DNA of 64,000 bases from Eledone cirrhosa (Eukaryota): positions 18,166,001-18,230,000 of the forward strand of contig OZ024753.1 in NCBI GenBank assembly GCA_964016885.1, read 5' to 3'. The position numbers and the translations under genes are program-made. Within the stretch, counting starts at the first letter, position 1. The number at the start of each line of letters is the position of its first letter. Of the stretch, positions 56,591-64,000 are shown piece by piece. The notes under the pieces are model-generated. The model saw nothing but the letters and a program-made list of their open reading frames with translations, was not told the DNA's origin and did no database searches.

Positions 56591-57013
56591 ATGTATATGT
56601 GTGCGTGTATATATATGTGTATGCGTATGTATGTGTATATGTAATTGTATATGTATGTGTATGTGTGAGAGTGTGTGTATGTATTTATTTTTACGTATGT
56701 ATGTTTATGTGCAATTGTGTGTATTGCTTTCCACGTGTGTTTGTTCATTTATTTGTTGCCTGTATCGCTGTCAACACTATAATCATTTTTATATTCATTT
56801 TTATTCTTATGTGACGGTATTTTTATTATTATATTTTTTCTTATAATTATTTGTGTGTGTGAGTATGTAGGTGTGTGTACATATTTCTATATTTGTGCAT
56901 GCGTATGTATGCGTGTATATATGTGTGTATGTATGTGTTTGTATGTACGTGTGTATATATGTATGATTGTGTGTATGTATGTATGTGTGTATATATATGT
57001 ATGTATGTGTATG

Positions 57014-57046
<33 letters not shown>

Positions 57047-57541
57047 GTATATATATGTATGTGTGTGTATATATGTATATATATATTTATATATATGCAT
57101 GTGTGTGTGTGTATGCATGTTTGTTTATTTGTATGTATGTGTATGTATGGATATGTTGATATATATGTGTGTATGTATGTATGTGTATATGTATGTGTAT
57201 ATATATATATATATACACATATATATGTGTGTATGTGTGTGTATGTGTGTGTGTGTATATATGTGTATATGTGTATATATGTATGTGTATGTATATAGTT
57301 GTGTGTGTGCGTGTGCATTTATTTTTCCGTGCCTTCTTCCTTTTCCAGCCTCACTTTCATATAGATTATATTTTTGTTTTTAAAATCCAATGCCAATAAA
57401 TACATCAGGATTTTTTCATTCTGATGATTAAAAGCAAATTTTGTTTCTTTTTAAGAAACCACTGGTAAATGAAATAATTTCCTTATGTGGTTTATTACAT
57501 AATTATATATATATATACGTACAACATATATATATACACAG

Positions 57542-57610
<69 letters not shown>

Positions 57611-57617
<7 letters not shown>

Positions 57618-60210
57618 ATACTTTGGGAGGGTCATGTTGCCAATAAGAAACACACGCACCAGTTGCTTTCACTTCAATTTATTATTATAATAAATTTATA
57701 ATAACTTCATAAATTTATAAATTTCTGGTTGGTTGGTTGGTTCCACGACCAGATAGTTGTTTATATATTGTCATAGTTCTTTCGTCACACACTCTGTGAC
57801 CTCTTCAGTGACTGGTGATTCCTTTCTTTGTTTCTGTGCCTCTCCTTTGTTCTGTCCTACGCCATTTTGTTTCTGTGTGTGTGTTGTGTGCTCAGTCTGC
57901 GCATGCGCCACATCCAGGTGTCTGTGTGTGTTTATGTTCATTTATTTATTTGTTTATTTACATGTTACTGGTTGGTTGTTTGTTCTATGTGTGTGTGTGT
58001 TTTCATTTTGTCCTAAATTGTAAGTTGTGATGTTGATGTTCCACTCATATTTCCTATATAATTTTGGTTGTAATTCTTTTTTGTTTATTGCCTCTGTAAT
58101 TTGTCTAAACATTGCGTCTTTTCTGTGTGTAGATTCTATTTTTATTTCTATGTTCTCTAATTTACCCTTGTGTTCTATTTTAGCATGTTGGTAGAGTACA
58201 GATGATTCTTTACTATCTTGAAGGTCTCGCCAGTGTTCATTTATCTGTTCCCCTACACTACGAGCTGTCTCACCTATGTACACTATATTTTTGTCTCTAC
58301 ATTGTCCTTCAGTACATCTTATGCTATACACTACATTTCTAGTTTTACAGTTAATATGGGGGCTTATTTTACAGGTTATACATTTCTTATCTATACATGA
58401 GGGTCTTTGGAAAGGGCATGTCTTGCTAATAAGTGTTTTTTGGGAGGTACCTGGTCTTTCTACTATCTTAATATTGAGTTTATGTTTATTTAGGGCCCTT
58501 CTAAATGTGTAAGCTAATTCACCTCTAGGGGTTGTATCGATGGACATTACACTCTGGTATTTATTGCTATCATACCATGAGTTTATTCTATTAGCCTTGT
58601 TCCTAGTTCTTTCTATTCTATTCTAAAATGTGCTCCTATACAAGGGGCAGGTCCCATTTATGTCATTATTTACCATTTTTTCACATTTGGTTCTGGCTCC
58701 TCTATACACTCTGATTTTATCTCTCTGATTGTAGCCAGAGAACTGCATACGGTGGATGAAGTGTTGTATGTGTCTCTCTAGTTCTTCGGGGTTGCACATG
58801 CGGGACACGTTTCTCATCACCCGTATCAAATCCGCAATCAGTATGTTGATTTTGGTATGGTCCGAAACGGCCGAGTTTCGGTGGATCAGATGTTTGGAAG
58901 TCATGGGTTTGGCATAATGGGAATGGAGGATTTGTTTTTTGTTATTAATGGTATCTAACCAGAGCTCTGTGTCTAGTACGGGTAATCGATGGCTGGGGTG
59001 TTTACTTGGGTAGTCTATAGTAATCTAATACTCTGGTGGATGGAGTTAGCTATTTACTGGATGCATTCCATTGTGTTTTTCTCTAGTTCCTGACTGTTCT
59101 CTAGTGGGGGTGTCTTAACTACGATGTTTATATCATCAACGTGGCGGGAGTACATTATCAGGGTTAAGGGGTCTTCTAATTGTTCTTTAAGCTTAAGTTT
59201 AAGTCTACTGTCCCACCATACCATGAATAAGTTAGCTATGTCGCCTGCAATGCTAACACCAATGGCTGCCCCTTCCTCTTGGGCATATGTTTTTCCATTA
59301 AATTTGAACATATGTTCCTTAAGGGTTAGTTTTATGCTGGCCCCTACCGCATGTGCAATCATTTTCTTCAGTTCATCGTGGTTTTCGGGTGTCCGTATGG
59401 CTCTGGTCCACCCGTTCCATCTATCTGTGTGGGTTTTCTTGGCCATTGAGGTAATGGTAGGTGGTCTGCCTCTTGCTGGTCTTGTAGGGCACAGGTTGCA
59501 AAGGTCATATGTGTCTAGGTAATTATTACTATAGGTAAGTTTAAGTAGGAGTCCCAGCTCACTGGTATCAATCCCACGGAACTCAACATTGCTCTCACTG
59601 ATCATTTCTACGCATTTCTCCACAGCAAAATCCACGTCAATGGATGGATACAGGGACACAACATCCATACTACCTATTATGCAGTTTGTTAGGTCCTTAG
59701 ATCGGTTACTCACGCCGATTCTGCTGAGGAGGTCCTCCGTGCTGTCACATACATCTGGGGACATTTCGATGATGGAGCGTCTGATCAGGGAGATGAAATA
59801 GGACAGCCTGTAGTTACTAGCAATGTTAGCTCCACAGACTGGCCGTGTTGGTGGTCCCGCGACAGGGTCACTGCCCGTTTTATGGTCTTTTCGAAGCCCA
59901 TACAACGCCGGCACGTCATTGTTCCAGGCCTGGAAGTTGTTGGCAGTCCTTTTGTTGGGCTGCATTATATTCGTCCACATCACCATATGGGCATTGAGGG
60001 TTTTTTTCTCTATCCTCATGCTCCTGTGGTGTTACCTCTCTTGTGTTAGTGATGTGGGGTTGCATTGCCTGGATGTAGTTTGGCAGGCTGTCAACCGACA
60101 TTCTGCCAGACTTGTCTGTTGGAAAGCATGCTATCTCTCCATTACGCGAGAGCTGCATGAGCTTACGCAAGCCATTTGCAGATTTTTCTCCCAGTGGCTG
60201 GGCCTCAATT
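57611..60210 (-). mobile_element. Neptune/Nematis-like PLE, left (inverted) arm: DKG region, RT, Cys linker, GIY-YIG, pLTR; defective
   Basis: PTDKSG; SMDVVSLYPSI; GAAIGVSIAGDIANLFM; RHVDD; CIDKKCITC..NVVYSIRC..YIGET. Confidence 0.93.
57770..57812 (-). ncRNA. Minimal type I hammerhead in pLTR
   Basis: Reverse complement: GTCA-CTGAAGA-G-GTCACA gagtg TGTGAC-GAAA-GAAC-TA-TGAC. Confidence 0.78.
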
Positions 60211-62935
60211 GGCAACATGACCCTCCCAAAATATAACAATATCGGTTTCAACACACGATTTCAGATAAAGAATCTTGCTAAACAAATTCAGAAACGAAAT
60301 ATCGTAAGCCTTAGCCAGGCTAACAAGATACTGAAAACCACCATTTTCTGTTGTCTACGAAAAACCATAACATCTCGACAACTACACTTCATAAAAGAAT
60401 GTGCCTCGTCCCGAGTTTACACCAACACCATCAACACCGACGTAAGAAGATTACAACACACCAAAAAACAAGCAGATAGGCTAAAACGAACACTAATTCA
60501 TATGGTGATGTGGACGAATATAATGCAGCCCAACAAAAGGACTGCCAACAACTTCCAGGCCTGGAACAATGACGTGCCGGCGTTGTATGGGCTTCGAAAA
60601 GACCATAAAACGGGCAGTGACCCTGTCGCGGGACCACCAACACGGCCAGTCTGTGGAGCTAACATTGCTAGTAACTACAGACTGTCCTATTTCATCTCCC
60701 TGATCAGACGCTCCATCATCGAAATGTCCCCAGATGTATGTGACAGCACGGAGGACCTCCTCAGCAGAATCGGCGTGAGTAACCGATCTAGGGACCTAAC
60801 AAACTGCATAATAGGTAGTATGGATGTTGTGTCCCTGTATCCATCCATTGACGTGGATTTTGCTGTGGAGAAATGCGTAGAAATGATCAGTGAGAGCAAT
60901 GTTGAGTTCCGTGGGATTGATACCAGTGAGCTGGGACTCCTACTTAAACTTACCTATAGTAATAATTACCTAGACACATATGACCTTTGCAACCTGTGCC
61001 CTACAAGACCAGCAAGAGGCAGACCACCTACCATTACCTCAATGGCCAAGAAAACCCACACAGATAGATGGAACGGGTGGACCAGAGCCATACGGACACC
61101 CGAAAACCACGATGAACTGAAGAAAATGATTGCACATGCGGTAGGGGCCAGCATAAAACTAACCCTTAAGGAACATATGTTCAAATTTAATGGAAAAACA
61201 TATGCCCAAGAGGAAGGGGCAGCCATTGGTGTTAGCATTGCAGGCGACATAGCTAACTTATTCATGGTATGGTGGGACAGTAGACTTAAACTTAAGCTTA
61301 AAGAACAATTAGAAGACCCCTTAACCCTGATAATGTACTCCCGCTACGTTGATGATATAAACATCGTAGTTAAGACACCCCCACTAGAGAACAGTCAGGA
61401 ACTAGAGAAAAACACAATGGAATGCATCCAGTAAATAGCTAACTCCATCCACCAGAGCATTAGATTACTATAGACTACCCAAGTAAACACCCCAGCCATC
61501 GATTACCCGTACTAGACACAGAGCTCTGGTTAGATACCATTAATAACAAAAAACAAATCCTCCATTCCCATTATGCCAAACCCATGACTTCCAAACATCT
61601 GATCCACCGAAACTCGGCCGTTTCGGACCATACCAAAATCAACATACTGATTGCGGATTTGATACGGGTGATGAGAAACGTGTCCCGCATGTGCAACCCC
61701 GAAGAACTAGAGAGACACATACAACACTTCATCCACCGTATGCAGTTCTCTGGCTACAATCAGAGAGATAAAATCAGAGTGTATAGAGGAGCCAGAACCA
61801 AATGTGAAAAAATGGTAAATAATGACATAAATGGGACCTGCCCCTTGTATAGGAACAAATTTTGGAATAGAATAGAAAGAACTAGGAACAAGGCTAATAG
61901 AATAAACTCATGGTATGATAGCAATAAATACCAGAGTGTAATGTTCATCTATACAACCCCTAGAGGTGAATTAGCTTACACATTTAGAAGGGCCCTAAAT
62001 AAACATTAACTCAATATTAAGATAGTAGAATGACCTGGTACCTCCAAAAAAACACTTATTAGCAAGACATACCCTTTCCAAAGACCCTCATGTATAGATA
62101 AGAAATGTATAACCTGTAAAATAAGCCCCCATATTAACTGTAAAACTAGAAATGTAGTGTATAGCATAAGATGTACTGAAGGACAATGTAGAGACAAAAA
62201 TATAGTGTACATAGGTGAGACAGCTCGTAGTGTAGGGGAACGGATAAATGAACACTGGCGAGACCTTCAAGATAGTAAAGAATCATCTGTACTCTACCAA
62301 CATGCTAAAATAGAACACAAGGGTAAATTAGAGAACATAGAAATAAAAATAGAATCTACACACAGAAAAGACGCAATGTTTAGACAAATTACAGAGGCAA
62401 TAAACAAAAAAGAATTACAACCAAAATTATATAGGAAATATGAGTGGAACAGCAACATCACAACTTACAATTTAGGACAAAATGAAAACACACACACACA
62501 TAGAACAAACAACCAACCAGTAACATGTAAATAAACAAATAAATAAATGAACATAAACACATACAGACACCCGGATGTGGCGCATGCGCAGACTGAGCAC
62601 ACAACACACACACAGAAACAAAATGGCGTAGGACAGAACAAAGGAGAGGCACAGAAACAAAGAAAGGAATCCCCAGTCACTGAAGAGGTCACAGAGTGTG
62701 TGACGAAAGAACTATGACAATATATAAACTATCTGGTTGTGGAACCAACCAACCAACCAGAAATTTATAAATTTATAAATTTATTATAAATTTATTATAA
62801 TAATAAATTGAAGTGAAAGCAACTGGTGCGTGTGTTTCTTATTGGCAACATGACCCTCCCAAAGTATAACAATATCGGTTTCAACACACGATTTCAGATA
62901 AATAATCTTGCTAAACAAATTCAGAAACGAAATAT
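60208..62935 (+). mobile_element. Neptune/Nematis-like PLE, right arm: N-terminus, internal deletion, RT, GIY-YIG, pLTR plus tail; defective
   Basis: Probable start ATG 60217 (MTLPKY..); RYVDD; stop at 61432-61434 and further stops near 62007 and 62031; 60208-60302 directly repeated at 62841-62935. Confidence 0.93.
62676..62718 (+). ncRNA. Minimal type I hammerhead in pLTR
   Basis: GTCA-CTGAAGA-G-GTCACA gagtg TGTGAC-GAAA-GAAC-TA-TGAC. Confidence 0.78.
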
Positions 62936-64000
62936 ATATATATTGGTAAACGGAAAAGAAAATGCTGACAAATTGTTCCCAGTGTAAAATAGTTTAATTA
63001 GGAATAAGTAAAAATTAGTAATAGTATTGTTTAGTATTCAGTTTTGGTCTTAATTTTTACCGGTTACGCATTTCTAAGGCTTTTCCAAAATAATTTTGAG
63101 ATAGAGCGCCCGTGATGTTTGCTCTAATCTGATTAGTTTTGGAAATTCTACCTGTTTTATGTTAAAAAGTGGCTCCAGATGTATTAAAATAAGTTTCGCG
63201 CCAATTCGTGTTGCAAAAATTCTTGTGGTCAAAACAGTTTTGATTGGTCGGTAGAGGGTATGTGAATGTTAAAAATTTATTTGGCGCCAAATGTAGGTTT
63301 GTGTCGGCTGATTGAGAAGTCACTGAAAAATAAGTCTTTCAAAACAAATATGTGTGTGTGTGTAGTAGTAGTAAAGAGGTTCGTTGTTGTGATAATGGTC
63401 AGCAGGGATATGTGTGCGACCGCAGCCTGTTGACAGTTCAAATGCCTATTAAGACAAGTGTGTGTGTGTGTGTGTGTGTAGCAGGGTAATTCGTGGTAGA
63501 GGGATGGTCAGTAGGAATGTGTCTGTACGTGTATGGGGGATATATTAACATGTTAACAGATATTTTTTCATCTTGTGTCTTATACAGAGAAGTGCGTGTG
63601 TGTGTGTGTGTGTATGTATTTTTGTATGTTAATATACACGTGTGTATGTGTTTGTGTATATGTGTGTGTGTGTGTGTGGGTGGACCAATATTTTTGTGAT
63701 ACTGGTAAAAATGGTGTACATTATTTGATATTTTCAGTAAAAACGATTCTCTCAATAGAACATCAAAATCCTTAATATTAAAAGGTGTGAAATGATATAT
63801 AGTATTGGCATAATACCAAGGTGTGTGTAGGTGTCCAGATTGTACGTACTGCAAGGGGAATCCATTAGGCCTTGCCGTATTGGAATACTTGTGTACAAAT
63901 ATGTATGTGCCCATCAGTGTGCAATGCATGTGTGCGTTTATGCATGTGTGTGTGTCGGCACGTTTATATCTATAGACATCAAAATGTATGCAAATTTGTG

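Noticed and set aside
60112-61434. 440-aa ORF as a functional or domesticated RT gene
   Set aside because: The first ~32 codons are antisense of the left arm, the DKG region is deleted, and it stops before the thumb and endonuclease; a chimeric by-product.

Overview
AT-rich, microsatellite-saturated eukaryotic DNA with no host gene I can support. The dominant tRNA-derived SINE resembles the octopod SINE family as I recall it, so an octopod cephalopod is likely (not verified). The window is mostly retroelement debris: Penelope-like elements (PLEs) of at least three lineages (Neptune/Nematis-like, Naiad-like and others), RTE-clade LINE 3' fragments, about 12 SINEs, Tc1/mariner and hAT MITEs, and a non-autonomous Helitron. 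Three signals stand out. (1) About 25 intact or decayed minimal type-I hammerhead ribozyme motifs occur on both strands, with recurrent core variants: compensatory U3-A8, CCGANGA, an extra base after A9, and U.U at the base of stem II. (2) Short non-coding ~1.2-mer direct-repeat elements each carry one hammerhead (retrozyme-like or non-autonomous PLE). (3) Fold-back/palindromic insertions into (TA)n tracts recur at every scale, from ~20-bp hairpins to a 5.3-kb head-to-head PLE palindrome whose junctions fit twin priming on a tandem transcript. All alignments and folds were done by eye.
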